From contig JBFWJC010000005.1 in assembly GCA_050253415.1 (NCBI GenBank), positions 64,001-128,000 on the forward strand: a stretch of DNA of 64,000 nt, in the 5' to 3' direction. Positions within the stretch are counted from its first letter, which is position 1. Every line of letters starts with the position of its first letter. The translations under genes and the position numbers were made by a program. Of this stretch, positions 29,307 through 40,198 are shown piece after piece. The notes under the pieces are model-generated. The model searched no databases, was not told the DNA's origin, and saw nothing but the letters and a program-made list of their open reading frames with translations. Source of the DNA: Pedobacter sp. Its GTDB lineage: Bacteria; Desulfobacterota; Desulfuromonadia; Desulfuromonadales; Syntrophotaleaceae.

Positions 29307-31055
29307 ATGTCCCATCAATCTGAACTTATTGCTGAAGATATTCACGCATATCTTAAAAGCCAGGAAGAGAAGGGGTTGCTGCGCTTTATCACCTGCGGAA
29401 GCGTAGATGACGGCAAAAGCACTCTCATAGGTCGCCTTTTGTGGGATTCCAAGATGGTTTTTGAGGATCAACTCGCTACCCTGACGGCTGATAGTAAGAG
29501 AGTTGGCACCCAGGGGGAGAATATCGATTACGCGCTGCTCCTCGATGGCCTGCAGGCCGAACGGGAGCAAGGTATCACCATCGATGTCGCTTATCGTTAT
29601 TTTTCTACCGACAAGCGCAAGTTTATCGTGGCTGATACCCCGGGTCACGAGCAATACACCCGCAACATGGTTACCGGCGCTTCCACGGCACAGGTTGCGG
29701 TTATCCTCATCGATGCCCGTAAGGGGGTGTTGACTCAGACCCGACGCCATAGTTACCTTGTGTCGCTGGTGGGCATCCGTCACGTGGTTTTGGCCATCAA
29801 TAAAATGGATCTGGTCGACTACAGCGCCAAGCGTTTCGAGACTATCCGCCGCGAGTACCAATTGTTTGCATCCAGCCTCGGCTTCGACGATATCACCGCT
29901 ATCCCGATCTCCGCTCTTGAGGGGGATAATATCCTGAGTGCCAGTGAGCGCACCCCATGGTACGACGGACCGTCCCTGATGGAACATCTGGAAACGGTGC
30001 AGGTCGAAGATGCGGCAGCATCAAGGCCGTTTCGGTTGCCGGTACAGTGGGTTAATCGCCCCAACCTTGATTTTCGCGGGTTTTGCGGGACCGTCACTTC
30101 CGGGACCATTCGGCCCGGCGACGAGGTGGTGGTGACATCATCCGGTAAAACCAGCCGTGTAGCCCGTATTGTCACTATGAACGGCGACCTTGAGGAAGCG
30201 GTGGCCGGTCAGGCCATAACCCTCACGCTGGCCGACGAGATCGATATCAGCCGTGGTGATCTGCTGGCCGCACCGGATAAATGTCCGCAGCATAGCGATC
30301 AGTTTGAAGCAAGGCTCGTGTGGTTGCACGAGCAAGCTTTGACCACCGGTCGCAGCTATCTGCTCAAGACCTCGTCCGGTAGCGCACCGGCGCAGGTCCG
30401 GGAGGTGAAATTCAAGGTTAATGTCAACTCCCTTCAACAGGAGGAAGGCGATAGCCTGACGCTGAATGAAGTCGGTATTTGCCAGATTATCGTCAGCAAA
30501 AGCATCGCCTTTGATCCTTACCGTGAGAACAGGGCTACCGGCAGTTTTATCCTTATCGACAGATTGACCAATGCTACGGTTGCCGCAGGTATGATTGATC
30601 GGGCTCTGACCGGTGGCGCAGGAGCTGAATGGCAAACCCTTGCCATTGATAAAGCTTCCAGGGCTGCCATCAAAGGTCAACAACCTAAAATTTTGTGGTT
30701 CAGTGAACAACATGGTCGAAATCCAGTGAATATACCTGAGTTGCTGGAGAAAAAACTGCACAGTCTCGGGCGGCATACTTATCTGCTGGATAGCGCCGCG
30801 TTCCATAGCAACGTTGCGAATAATGATGCAGATCAGCAAGTCGTATTTCAAAGGTTGGTGGAGACGGCCGGAATTCTTGCCGATGCAGGGCTTATCGTGT
30901 TGGTGGACGCAACCACTTTGAAAGAGGCACCGCAGATTCCCGCTGAACTGTTGACGGAACAATGGGTGGAGCTCGGCAGTACGGAATGGTCCACCGATAA
31001 GGACCTTGACCATGATAAATTCATTGAAAAACTGGTCGAGAAGATTTTTGTCTGA
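29307..31055 (+). CDS. cysN: Sulfate adenylyltransferase subunit 1 with degenerate C-terminal APS-kinase-like domain
   Basis: [38 protein letters not shown]; the tail [10 protein letters not shown]...LEKKL...HTYLLD resembles CysC but has no P-loop. Confidence 0.93.
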   Translation: MSHQSELIAEDIHAYLKSQEEKGLLRFITCGSVDDGKSTLIGRLLWDSKMVFEDQLATLTADSKRVGTQGENIDYALLLDGLQAEREQGITIDVAYRYFSTDKRKFIVADTPGHEQYTRNMVTGASTAQVAVILIDARKGVLTQTRRHSYLVSLVGIRHVVLAINKMDLVDYSAKRFETIRREYQLFASSLGFDDITAIPISALEGDNILSASERTPWYDGPSLMEHLETVQVEDAAASRPFRLPVQWVNRPNLDFRGFCGTVTSGTIRPGDEVVVTSSGKTSRVARIVTMNGDLEEAVAGQAITLTLADEIDISRGDLLAAPDKCPQHSDQFEARLVWLHEQALTTGRSYLLKTSSGSAPAQVREVKFKVNVNSLQQEEGDSLTLNEVGICQIIVSKSIAFDPYRENRATGSFILIDRLTNATVAAGMIDRALTGGAGAEWQTLAIDKASRAAIKGQQPKILWFSEQHGRNPVNIPELLEKKLHSLGRHTYLLDSAAFHSNVANNDADQQVVFQRLVETAGILADAGLIVLVDATTLKEAPQIPAELLTEQWVELGSTEWSTDKDLDHDKFIEKLVEKIFV

Positions 31056-31196
31056 GCTTATTTGAAAATTCTTTCCATAAATTCCCCGGACACTATTGAC
31101 GTATATTTATGTCGGGGGCATATTGAAAAACGCCGGTCGGCTGGTAATGGCCGGCCGGCAGTACGTTTTCGGCCCTCCAACCAAGGAATTTGTCTG

Positions 31197-32498
31197 ATGA
31201 ACGATAGTGCAAATATCGATTACCGCAATTTTAAGATCAACGGCGTGTATCAGCAGAACGATACACCTGAGCTTATGGTAAGGGCAAAACTGCCGGCTGG
31301 TGTGCTTTCAGCTATTCAGGCTGATGCGATTTGTGATGCTTCCGAAAAGTATTCCAATGGCATGTTGCATTTGACCTGCCGGGGTAACATTGAAATTCAT
31401 GGTCTGCGTGGAGACATTTTACCTCAGGTGTTCCGGCTTTATAACGCCGTGGGATTGACCACCCGTGGCGCTTGCGGCGGGGCCGTGCGCAGCATCGCCT
31501 GCGCTACTGCAGAAGCGGATGGGTTTTCCCGGATTCAGGTATTAGCAAGGCGCCTGCACGATTACTTTACAGGGAATCCTCACTTTGAAGGCTTGCCCAA
31601 GAAGTTCAAGTTGGCGGTTGAAAATGGTTATCAGGGAGCGCGCCACCTCTGCCAGGATCTGGTGATGGTTTATCTCGGAGAGGAAGACGGTCGGGATCTG
31701 TGTGATGTGTGGGTAGCCGGTGGTCTCGGACGTCAACCGCAGGAAGGGTTTCTGCTGGCCGGACGGGTTCCCTTTGAGCGCCTCATCCCCCTCATCGAAG
31801 GCGTGATAAAAGTTTATCAAAAGAATACTCCGGCAGGCAAACGTCTCAAACATCTGCTTGCCGATATCGGTGAGACTGAATTTCGCACGCTGCTTTCCAA
31901 AGAAACCAGCGGTGCGCCGGTTTGTCCCGTTGCCACCCCCCTGGAGGCTGCTTTAGGTCAAGCTTCCGCGCCCGGAGCTTGCGGTTGGATTGAATTGCCT
32001 GTTTTTGCGGGACAACTTCCCGTAGCCGATCTGCGCAGAGTTGCTGCTATTGTTCGTGAGCTGGGGGATGGGTTTCTTGCCATCAGTCGCGATCAGAACC
32101 TGCTTGTATCCCTTGGTGCTGGAATTGATCCGGTACTATTGAAGGAGGCTCTCCAGGCTGCAGGATTGCTTAAACAGGAAAAAACTTTGCAGTGCCGTGC
32201 TTGTCCCGGTAGTCATCTCTGCCCTAAGGGACTGGTGCCGACACGCGATGTTGCCCGTCGGCTTGATGCCATCCTGGGCGATAACAGTCGATCGCTGGAG
32301 TGGGCCATTTCAGGGTGTCCCAATAGTTGCTCTCAACCGCAACTGGCCGATTTTGGGATTATTGGGGTTCGTAAGGGCAACGACGATAAAGAAGCGTTGT
32401 ACGACCTGTACAAACGATCTGGTGAAGGTTTTGGCATGCCCATCCGTGAGAAACTGAGCCTTGATGAGCTTCTTAAGGTTGTGGCCGAATTCGGCTAG
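31197..32498 (+). CDS. Nitrite/sulfite reductase hemoprotein-family protein
   Basis: LPKKFK, GGLGRQP, CRACPG...C and SGCPNSC siroheme/4Fe-4S ligands; follows cysN. Confidence 0.85.
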   Translation: MNDSANIDYRNFKINGVYQQNDTPELMVRAKLPAGVLSAIQADAICDASEKYSNGMLHLTCRGNIEIHGLRGDILPQVFRLYNAVGLTTRGACGGAVRSIACATAEADGFSRIQVLARRLHDYFTGNPHFEGLPKKFKLAVENGYQGARHLCQDLVMVYLGEEDGRDLCDVWVAGGLGRQPQEGFLLAGRVPFERLIPLIEGVIKVYQKNTPAGKRLKHLLADIGETEFRTLLSKETSGAPVCPVATPLEAALGQASAPGACGWIELPVFAGQLPVADLRRVAAIVRELGDGFLAISRDQNLLVSLGAGIDPVLLKEALQAAGLLKQEKTLQCRACPGSHLCPKGLVPTRDVARRLDAILGDNSRSLEWAISGCPNSCSQPQLADFGIIGVRKGNDDKEALYDLYKRSGEGFGMPIREKLSLDELLKVVAEFG

Positions 32499-32540
32499 TC
32501 TCGGCACGTAAATACTAAGCTAAACAGCTGTAGCCATAAC

Positions 32541-32590
32541 AAACGATAAAACGCCTCCCTTTGTTCATAAAGGGGGGCGTTTTGTCGTTT
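32541..32590. terminator. Terminator hairpin after the sulfite reductase gene
   Basis: aaacgataaaacgcctcccttt...aaaggggggcgttttgtcgttt. Confidence 0.7.
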
Positions 32591-32774
32591 TAAGGCCTAA
32601 GTGGTTATGTCCGCAAATAGCCATCTAGCTTAATATCTTTCCAGTATAATACCGTTATATTATTACGGGGCTATATGTAGTGACAAAAAAATAGCTAATT
32701 CTAGTGATTTACAAAAACGTCAAAATAAGGATAATCAGGCAAAATTCAATGAAGTAAAAAGGAGTTCTATTATT

Positions 32775-34322
32775 ATGTGTGAAGATTTAATGGCGCGGAT
32801 TCGTAAGGAGGATTTGTTTAAAAAGATCATGGATCCTGAAGATTGCATAAAGTTTTTCAAAAATGGCCAAAATCTCGGTTGGTCAGGTTTTACAACTGTT
32901 GGTTATCCAAAAGCCGTTCCAATTGCGTTGGCAGAATTCGTAGAGAAAAACTCGCTGCAAGGGCAGTTAAAGTTCAATCTGTTCGTCGGTGCATCTGCCG
33001 GTACCGAAACAGAGGACCGCTGGGCTCGCAATAACATGATTGATCGCAGGTGGCCTTATGCCTCCGGACCAGCTTTGCGGAAAGGTGTTAATGACGGGAA
33101 AATACGCATGGGCGACAAGCACCTCTCCATGTTTGCCCAGGATCTGAAATATGGTTTTTATACGAGAGAAAATGGTGGACGTTTGGATATTGCCATCATT
33201 GAAGCATCGGCTATCGATGAGCACGGTAATATCATCCTGTCTGGTGCGGTAGGTGCCGCACCTGAAATTATCGACGTAGCCGATCGAGTCATCGTGGAAA
33301 TTAATACTGTGCTGCCATCCTTTGAAGGTATGCACGATATCGTGCCAACCGACCTGCCTCCTGCGCGACAGGTTATTCCGATTACGAATGTAAGGCAACG
33401 GGTTGGTACCCCTTATGTTTCGGTTGATGAAAGCAAAATCCTTGCGATTGTCGAATCCCGTCATAGGGATAACGGGGCCTCCTTGCCGGAAACTGACTCT
33501 ATTTCATCGACTATTGCCGGCCACATTATCGACTTTTTCTCAAACGAAGTCAGTGCCGGTCGGCTGCCAAGGAACCTTCTTCCGTTGCAGTCTGGGGTCG
33601 GAGGCATAGCGAATGCGGTGGTGGCTGGCTTGGTGTCTTCGCCGTTTGAAAACCTGACTGTTTTTACAGAAGTACTGCAGGACAGTTTCTTGCCGTTTAT
33701 TGATTCGGGAAAATGCGAATACCTCAACTGCACGTCGTTAACCTTGTCAAACAAGGGCTTTTCTCAATGGTGGGAACGATTCGAGTTTTACAAAGATAAA
33801 GTTTTACTGCGTCCCCAGCAAATTTCCAATAATCCTGAAGTCATACGACGGTTGGGCGTGATCGCCATGAACACACCCGTAGAGTTCGACATTTTCGGGC
33901 ATGCGAACTCAACGCATGTCGGCGGCACAAAGATGCTAAACGGTATTGGCGGATCCGGTGATTTCGAACGCAATGCCTATCTCTCGATCATGCACTGTCC
34001 TTCGGTACGCGGTACGGCTACCGATCCCCTCGGTATCTCCGGGGTAGTGCCAAAGGTGCCCCATTGCGACCATACGGAACATGATCTTGATGTGCTGGTA
34101 ACGGAGCAGGGGTTGGCTGATTTGCGGGGGCTATCTCCCTGGGACAGGGCGCGAGCTATCATCGACAATTGCGCGCATCCTGAATATCGGAGCTATCTGC
34201 ATGATTATCTTGATCGCGCCATCACGACTACAGGCGGGCATCATCAACCGCATCTATTGAGAGAGTGTTACAAAATTTATGAAAGCCTTGAAGAACATGG
34301 CACCATGAGGTTTTGGCGTTAG
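32775..34322 (+). CDS. Acetyl-CoA hydrolase / succinyl-CoA:acetate CoA-transferase family
   Basis: SGFT.VGYPKA, DKHLS, LQSGVGGIANAV, TEVLQD, NGIGGSGDF, VTEQGLADLRG. Confidence 0.92.
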   Translation: MCEDLMARIRKEDLFKKIMDPEDCIKFFKNGQNLGWSGFTTVGYPKAVPIALAEFVEKNSLQGQLKFNLFVGASAGTETEDRWARNNMIDRRWPYASGPALRKGVNDGKIRMGDKHLSMFAQDLKYGFYTRENGGRLDIAIIEASAIDEHGNIILSGAVGAAPEIIDVADRVIVEINTVLPSFEGMHDIVPTDLPPARQVIPITNVRQRVGTPYVSVDESKILAIVESRHRDNGASLPETDSISSTIAGHIIDFFSNEVSAGRLPRNLLPLQSGVGGIANAVVAGLVSSPFENLTVFTEVLQDSFLPFIDSGKCEYLNCTSLTLSNKGFSQWWERFEFYKDKVLLRPQQISNNPEVIRRLGVIAMNTPVEFDIFGHANSTHVGGTKMLNGIGGSGDFERNAYLSIMHCPSVRGTATDPLGISGVVPKVPHCDHTEHDLDVLVTEQGLADLRGLSPWDRARAIIDNCAHPEYRSYLHDYLDRAITTTGGHHQPHLLRECYKIYESLEEHGTMRFWR

Positions 34323-34379
34323 GGGCGTAACCTTTGTAGGATGAGTAACGGCGAACTACTTGCGATGGTGGAGAGTATT

Positions 34380-34970
34380 ATGACAGAAGTAAAACAGGGG
34401 AATCCTGCAGTAGTGGGGTTGGCAGGCTTTGGATTAACGACTCTTTTGTTGCAATTTCACAACCTTGGATGGTGTGGAACGGGAGTGGTGTTCTGCGGAG
34501 CCTTGGTGTTGGGTGGGGCAGCGCAGATGATTGCCGGTCTTCAGGAATTCAAGTGTGGCAATAATTTTGGTTACAGTGCATTTACGGTTTATGGAGCTTT
34601 CTGGATATCCCTTGGCCTTATCTGGCTGGTTCTCGACCTTCAGGGCAATCCTGATGCGTTCATTGGACCGCATCTGAAAGTAAGCCACTTGGATATAGGA
34701 TTTTTTCTTCTCGGGTTTACGCTATATACGGCCATTATGTGGTGTGCATCGCTTAAAATTCACGGCGCGATGGCTTTTACCTTCACGACATTGTTGCTCG
34801 GTTTCATCGGGCTCGATCTGGTTTTTTTATGCGGCCTGAAGGGAGTCATGACATGGACGGCTATCGATCTGATCGCCTGCGCACTGTCCGCCTGGTACAT
34901 GATGGCAGGTATCCTATTCACTCAGGTGGTTGGGAAACCGGTGTTGCCTATGGGGAAAGCCTGGCTCTGA
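34380..34970 (+). CDS. satP: Acetate uptake transporter (GPR1/FUN34/YaaH family)
   Basis: NPAVVGLAGFGLTT, GGAAQMIAG, YGAFW; about six TM segments; adjacent to the CoA-transferase. Confidence 0.88.
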   Translation: MTEVKQGNPAVVGLAGFGLTTLLLQFHNLGWCGTGVVFCGALVLGGAAQMIAGLQEFKCGNNFGYSAFTVYGAFWISLGLIWLVLDLQGNPDAFIGPHLKVSHLDIGFFLLGFTLYTAIMWCASLKIHGAMAFTFTTLLLGFIGLDLVFLCGLKGVMTWTAIDLIACALSAWYMMAGILFTQVVGKPVLPMGKAWL

Positions 34971-35097
34971 CCTGCCGTTGGAGTTTTGCTCGACGGTATT
35001 GCAAAAAATGCCTTAAAGGGCGAGCACGTAACATCCCTTTGAAGGTAGCCCCTCTGACCTAACCGTTAAGAGGCACTTAACGTGGTGGCCAATATGA

Positions 35098-35138
35098 AAA
35101 AAAGAGCCTCCCTTGTTCTCAGGGGTGGCTCTTTTCTG
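35098..35138. terminator. Bidirectional terminator between convergent genes
   Basis: aaaaaagagcc.ccct...aggggtggctctttt. Confidence 0.6.
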
Positions 35139-35207
35139 TGCGCTGGTGACTGATAAATCCTTGATAATCTGATAGTCTTTTGCGCTATCTTATGTCGGGC
35201 AATCAGT

Positions 35208-36053
35208 CTATGCCCAATTCGCTGCCGCCAGCAGATCATTAATATCCGCCTCAATGATTTCAATTCCCATCCGGCCGCAGAAACGCACTGCTTTACGTGT
35301 CGGCTCTGGGATCAGCGCCCACTCCATTGTCGGCTGAGCAGCATCAGCGGCAATACCGGACATTATCATGCGCTCGGTATCCCGGCTAAAGGGAACACCT
35401 AGAAAGAGGTACTGTTTCTCTTTCCTGTACTGTTTAATGTAAGCGGGCAGGCCAAACCCGCTTCGAAGTTCGGTCAGGTAATCGACAAAGTCACAATCCG
35501 TTGCAACAAAGTGCGGTTCTGGGCTCGGTGAGCCTAATGGTTTGAACAGGATTGGCAACGTCTGGTCCATCGCTTCCTGGTCAATCTCGTTGTATTCGGT
35601 TCCGTCGTAGTGAAAGATCTTAAAGCGATAACCGGTGCTCTTAATATGAGCTACGCCCAATATCAAGTTGTGAGGCGCATCGGCATAACCGGCCTGCAAC
35701 AAAGTATCTCGGTTGATATCAATCATATAGGCAGGTTTTATAGATGACAGCCAGTCGTGGACCGGAGTACGAGTCCAGACATCCGGGCCATAACAGTCGG
35801 TCAAAAAACCAGGCACATAGGCAGGTCCGTTTTGTGTCTGCTGATGCATCGCCGCGCGGGAAAATTCATACATCAGCTCCGGAGCCATGGGCTCGCCATT
35901 GTTCATCGCCAGAATCAGGCTGTCGCTGTCAGCAGGAATGGGGCCGCCGGTTTCTTTATGAACCGAACCCTTCAAGGCATAGGGTCCGATATAGGGGATA
36001 ATCTGGTCAGCTTTTATGCCGCTGATAATGTCGCTAAGTATTGCCTGTGACAT
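35208..36053 (-). CDS. SIR2-like (SIR2_2) domain protein of the type recalled from nitrogen-fixation gene regions
   Basis: IIPYIGP, IPADSDSLILAMNNG, IDINRD, LFKPLGSP, DFVDYLTEL, YLFLG; family assignment from memory. Confidence 0.65.
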   Translation of the reverse strand: MSQAILSDIISGIKADQIIPYIGPYALKGSVHKETGGPIPADSDSLILAMNNGEPMAPELMYEFSRAAMHQQTQNGPAYVPGFLTDCYGPDVWTRTPVHDWLSSIKPAYMIDINRDTLLQAGYADAPHNLILGVAHIKSTGYRFKIFHYDGTEYNEIDQEAMDQTLPILFKPLGSPSPEPHFVATDCDFVDYLTELRSGFGLPAYIKQYRKEKQYLFLGVPFSRDTERMIMSGIAADAAQPTMEWALIPEPTRKAVRFCGRMGIEIIEADINDLLAAANWA

Positions 36054-36125
36054 GTTTACTCCTTGCGAAGTGAAAAATTGACAGGTGAGTCTCTAAAGGC
36101 AAAACATCCGGGAGCTGATTAAACG

Positions 36126-36180
36126 AAAAAACCGCGCCAATACGTTGTATACCAACAGTATAAACGCGGGCTTCTTTGCC
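36126..36180 (-). promoter_or_regulatory. Leader terminator overlapped by an ANTAR-like hexaloop hairpin
   Basis: Minus strand ggc-AAAGAA-gcc (loop A1, G4) runs into ccgcg...cgcgg-TTTTTT, about 70 nt upstream of the SIR2-like start. Confidence 0.55.
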
Positions 36181-36533
36181 TTGCAGAAATTTGTGAATAG
36201 AGTCCAGTAAGTTAAGCCTGGAGACACCAAGCAGGAATCAGATATTACACTCTGTATAAGACGTCATTTTATATATGCCAAAATATGAATTGTTGCCGAC
36301 TTCTGAGAGATAAGCAGGACATCCTTAAAGACCCATGGTGGCACTAAGCCAACCGAGTGGTGTGATCCATGATCTCGACTAGCTCTCCCATAAAACCCCA
36401 AAATTTTGTATCTTCTAGTATTTTCTAGACGTCCTGGCATGTCAAAAGGTTTTTTGACCCAAAAGTTGTTTCGCACATTATTCGACTAGAAAAACGATGC
36501 TTTTCTGGGATTCTCTCAATTCCTGCATTACGA

Positions 36534-36565
36534 GAAACCCCGTCCGGATCGCCAGACGGGGTTTC
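36534..36565 (-). terminator. Hairpin downstream of cueR
   Basis: gaaaccccgtc...gacggggtttc inverted repeat. Confidence 0.6.
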
Positions 36566-36631
36566 AGTGTTTTGGAACTGGTGATATTTGGGAGATACGG
36601 GGAGTCCGCCTTTTTGACCGAAGTTGTCGCC

Positions 36632-37045
36632 TCAGCTTTTGTTCTCTGCCAGATCATCGAGAATCGGACATTCCGGTCGGCTGTTGCCATGGCAGCGATC
36701 CGCCAGTTGTTGTAAGGTCTGTTTGAGGGCCTCCATCTCGGTGATCTTCTTTTCTAGCTCTGTGATCTGCTGGAGTGCGATTTTTTTCACATCACTGCTC
36801 GAACGTTCATGGTTGCGCCATAAGGCAAGGAGGTCGCGAATCCGCGAAACGGGGAAGCCGAGAGCGCGGGCGCTCTGGATGAACTTGAGGTCATGGACCT
36901 CTTTTGCCGAGTAAACCCGGTACCCGTTTTGCGCCCGGGTAACCGGGGCCAAGAGTCCGATTTGCTCATAGTACCGGACCATCTTGACCGAGACCCCGGA
37001 GATACGGGAGGTCTCGCCGATGGTGAATGTGCCTCTCTTATCCAT
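36632..37045 (-). CDS. cueR: Cu(I)-responsive MerR-family regulator
   Basis: TIGE...[22 protein letters not shown]-terminal [12 protein letters not shown]. Confidence 0.93.
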   Translation of the reverse strand: MDKRGTFTIGETSRISGVSVKMVRYYEQIGLLAPVTRAQNGYRVYSAKEVHDLKFIQSARALGFPVSRIRDLLALWRNHERSSSDVKKIALQQITELEKKITEMEALKQTLQQLADRCHGNSRPECPILDDLAENKS

Positions 37046-39542
37046 GAACCGCCTCCCGTCGGATTTCCGCCTTCATCGGCGGACGGAATCGCCTCAGCCG
37101 AAGGGCGTTGCCTAGAACGCAGACACTTGATGCCGACATGGCGATGGCGGCGAACACAGGGGAGAGCAGAACGCCAAAAGTGGGGTAGAATGCCCCGGCA
37201 GCAATCGGGATCAGGGCACTGTTATAGGCGAAGGCCCAGAAAAGATTCTGCTTTATATTGCGGATAGTCGCTCTGGAAAGAGCAATGGCGTTCGGCACGT
37301 TGCGAAGGTCCCCCGACATGAGGACGACATCGGCCGATTCCATGGCGATGTCGGTCCCCGTCCCGATAGCGATCCCGACATCGGCCTGGGCCAGTGCCGG
37401 AGCATCGTTGATCCCATCCCCGACAAAAACGACCTTACGGCCGTCCTTCTGCAATCCCTTGATTGCCTCGACCTTGCCTTCGGGAAGAACTTCGGCGACG
37501 ACCTCGTCGATCGCCAGGCGCCGGGCGATCGCTTCCGCCGTCCGGCGGTTGTCGCCAGTGATCATCGCCACCCGAAGGCCCGCTCTGTGCAGGGCTTCGA
37601 TAGCCGCCGCCGTCGAGTCCTTGATTGGATCGGCGACCGCCAGCACGGCGGCGAGGCGGCCGTCTATGGCGGCGTACAGCGGGGTTTTCCCCTCATCCCC
37701 CAGCCGTGCCGCCGTTTCGCCATAAGACCGCAGGTCGATGCCGAGACGCTTCATGTATCGGTCGGCGCCAACTTCGATCCGCCTGCCTTCGACTCGGGCG
37801 GAGATGCCGAGGCCGGGATGAGCATTGAAACCCTGCGCCTCGGCAAGGATCATACCGCGGTCTTGTGCGTCTTCCACTATGGCCTCGGCGATGGGATGCT
37901 CGGAAAGCTGCTCCGCCGAGGCGATCAATCGAAGTACTTCGTCCGACTCGCAGTCCTCGGCCGTTACAAAGTCCGTAAGCTCCGGCTGGCCCCGGGTCAG
38001 GGTGCCTGTTTTGTCCACGGCGATTACCTCGGCATCACGCATCGTCTGCAATGCCTCCCCCCTGCGGAAGAGTATTCCCATTTCAGCACCTTTGCCTGTG
38101 CCCACCATGATCGAGGTCGGGGTGGCGAGACCCATCGCGCAAGGACAGGCGATGATCAGGACGGCGACCGCGTTGACCAAGGCGTAGGTCAGTGCCGGAG
38201 CGGGGCCGAACAGCAGCCAGATGCCGAAGGTGACGAGCGCTGCGGTGATGATGACCGGCACGAACCAGGTGGTCACTCTGTCCACGAGGGCCTGAATCGG
38301 CAGCTTCGCCCCTTGCGCCTGTTCGACCATTCGGACGATCTGCGAAAGAAGCATGTCCGCTCCAACCTTTGTCGTACGGAAGGTGAAGCTGCCTGTCTTG
38401 TTGATGGTGGCGCCGACTACTAAGGCACCTTTTCCTTTGAGGCTCGGGATGGGCTCTCCGGTAACCATCGATTCATCAACATACGATTCCCCGTCCAGGA
38501 CTTCCCCATCCACCGGAATTTTTTCGCCAGGGCGAACGAGAACCGTATCCCCCACGCTCACATCTTCGATGGCGATCTCCATTTCCCCGTTGCCACGGAT
38601 TACCCGGGCCGTTTTGGCCTGCAACCGCATGAGGTGCTTGATCGCCTCGCTGGTGCGCCCCCTGGCAACTGCTTCCAAATAGCGGCCGAACAGAATCAGA
38701 GTAATGATGACAGCCGCCGCTTCGAAATAGACATGTACCGTCCCTGCCGGAAGGACGGCGGGGAAGAAGGTGGCCACCACCGAATAACCCCAGGCCGCCG
38801 AGGCGCCCAGCATGACGAGGGAGTTCATGTCGGGAGCGCCCCGCCGCAGGGCCGGCCACCCCTTGCTATAGAAACGCCATCCGGGCCCGAACTGCACGAT
38901 GGTGGCCAGGACGAAGAAGAGATAGTAGAGGTTGGCGCGGCCGACGGTGTCCAGCAGCCAGTGATGCAGGCCCGGGACGAAATGGGAGCCCATTTCGAGA
39001 GTGAACAGCGGAACGGTGAAGGTTGCCGCAACAATGGCCGCCCGCTTCAGGACGGCGACCTCGCGTTCCCGGGCCTCTCGCTCGCGGTCGGCGCGGTCCG
39101 GGGCCTGGCCGATCTCTTCGGCGCGGTAACCGAGTGTCCCGACGGCCTCGATGAATGTCGCGGGGGGGAGCGTGCCGAAAAGGGTGCGAACCGTCGCTTT
39201 CTCGGTGGCCATATTGACGGCGGCTTCAAATACGCCCGGGACGGCCTGGAGAGCCCGTTCAACGCGGCCGGCGCAGGAGGCACAGCTCATGCCGTCAATT
39301 TTCAGCTCGACCATATGCAGGGCAGGCTCGTAGCCGGACGCACGGATCGCATGCACGATGGCGGAGACATCCGTATGGCTTTCGGATAACTCAACCTGGG
39401 CGCGCTGCATGGCAAGGTTCACGGAAACCTTCAGCACCCCGGGCACGCTCCGGATGGCCTTTTCGACCCGTCCAACACAGGACGCGCAGTTCATTCCCTC
39501 AATCCCGAATTCTCCTGACCCGATTATTGTTGTAGGCGACAT
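37038..39542 (-). CDS. copA: Cu(I)-translocating P1B-type ATPase
   Basis: Two GMxCASC metal-binding domains, [35 protein letters not shown] and MSASS motifs. Confidence 0.95.
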   Translation of the reverse strand: MSPTTIIGSGEFGIEGMNCASCVGRVEKAIRSVPGVLKVSVNLAMQRAQVELSESHTDVSAIVHAIRASGYEPALHMVELKIDGMSCASCAGRVERALQAVPGVFEAAVNMATEKATVRTLFGTLPPATFIEAVGTLGYRAEEIGQAPDRADREREAREREVAVLKRAAIVAATFTVPLFTLEMGSHFVPGLHHWLLDTVGRANLYYLFFVLATIVQFGPGWRFYSKGWPALRRGAPDMNSLVMLGASAAWGYSVVATFFPAVLPAGTVHVYFEAAAVIITLILFGRYLEAVARGRTSEAIKHLMRLQAKTARVIRGNGEMEIAIEDVSVGDTVLVRPGEKIPVDGEVLDGESYVDESMVTGEPIPSLKGKGALVVGATINKTGSFTFRTTKVGADMLLSQIVRMVEQAQGAKLPIQALVDRVTTWFVPVIITAALVTFGIWLLFGPAPALTYALVNAVAVLIIACPCAMGLATPTSIMVGTGKGAEMGILFRRGEALQTMRDAEVIAVDKTGTLTRGQPELTDFVTAEDCESDEVLRLIASAEQLSEHPIAEAIVEDAQDRGMILAEAQGFNAHPGLGISARVEGRRIEVGADRYMKRLGIDLRSYGETAARLGDEGKTPLYAAIDGRLAAVLAVADPIKDSTAAAIEALHRAGLRVAMITGDNRRTAEAIARRLAIDEVVAEVLPEGKVEAIKGLQKDGRKVVFVGDGINDAPALAQADVGIAIGTGTDIAMESADVVLMSGDLRNVPNAIALSRATIRNIKQNLFWAFAYNSALIPIAAGAFYPTFGVLLSPVFAAIAMSASSVCVLGNALRLRRFRPPMKAEIRREAVHG

Positions 39543-39573
39543 GACCTCTCCTCTCGCATGTTAGTTTGGAGGG

Positions 39574-39604
39574 AAGATAAACCCTCCCACCATTGGAAGG
39601 TCAA
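39574..39604 (-). promoter_or_regulatory. CueR-dependent promoter with 19-bp spacer
   Basis: Minus strand TTGACC-19-TATCTT containing ACCTTCC-N7-GGAGGGT, close to the known CueR box ACCTTCC-N7-GGAAGGT. Confidence 0.88.
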
Positions 39605-39759
39605 GGGAAAAGTTCACCGGTTCTCTTGGTGAGCTTTTCCTGTGTGAGACCCTATCAAGACAGATTGCACCGATTTGCAAGCAGGTTTGCTCGACAGAAA
39701 CAGGGTGCCTGCGTGGCGTTCGTTCGCCACTGTGTCGAACCGTTGGTGCCAGGCCAAGA

Positions 39760-40198
39760 TGGCTGGCGACTTCATCCTCCAACTTCCGCCATAAATCCAG
39801 CTCCCAGCCGATGGTCAGGGAACCGGTGTAATTCCTGTCACTATCCTCCTCAGCACCAACAGATGCGCCTGCTTCGACAGTCGGTTTTCTTGTACCTTGG
39901 GCTGACGATATTCGGCCCGGCAGATACGCAGGGTCAACTGGGTCTGTTGCAATCCAGGATTGGCTGCATGAGCCTCGGAAACCAGAGCCTCGATCTCAGG
40001 CGAACCGATCAGTTCACCAAAAATGGATGTCTTTTTGCCACCGTCGAGCCTGGTCCAGCTTTCAATTTGACTGCTTTCCTATCTGGCCTTGGCCAGGTGG
40101 TCCACATGCATTCCCGGATTGCAGGTAATTACCATCAAGGCCCCGAGGGGAAGCAGCGCCTTAATAAAAACAAAGGGTTGCAACATCGTTTTCTCCAT
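39760..40198 (-). pseudogene. N-terminal fragment of a TolC/NodT-type outer-membrane efflux lipoprotein
   Basis: Hand translation: signal peptide ...LMVITC, internal TAG, LVSEAHAANPGLQQ, frameshift, YTGSLTIGWELDLWRKL; truncated ahead of the copA promoter. Confidence 0.7.

Noticed and set aside
35010..35095. Structured segment after satP resembling part of a riboswitch
   Set aside because: Lies between convergent gene ends and only a small hairpin is supportable
35208..36053. SIR2-like gene as an anti-phage effector
   Set aside because: Short stand-alone gene without defence partners; leader and sequence point to a regulated metabolic family
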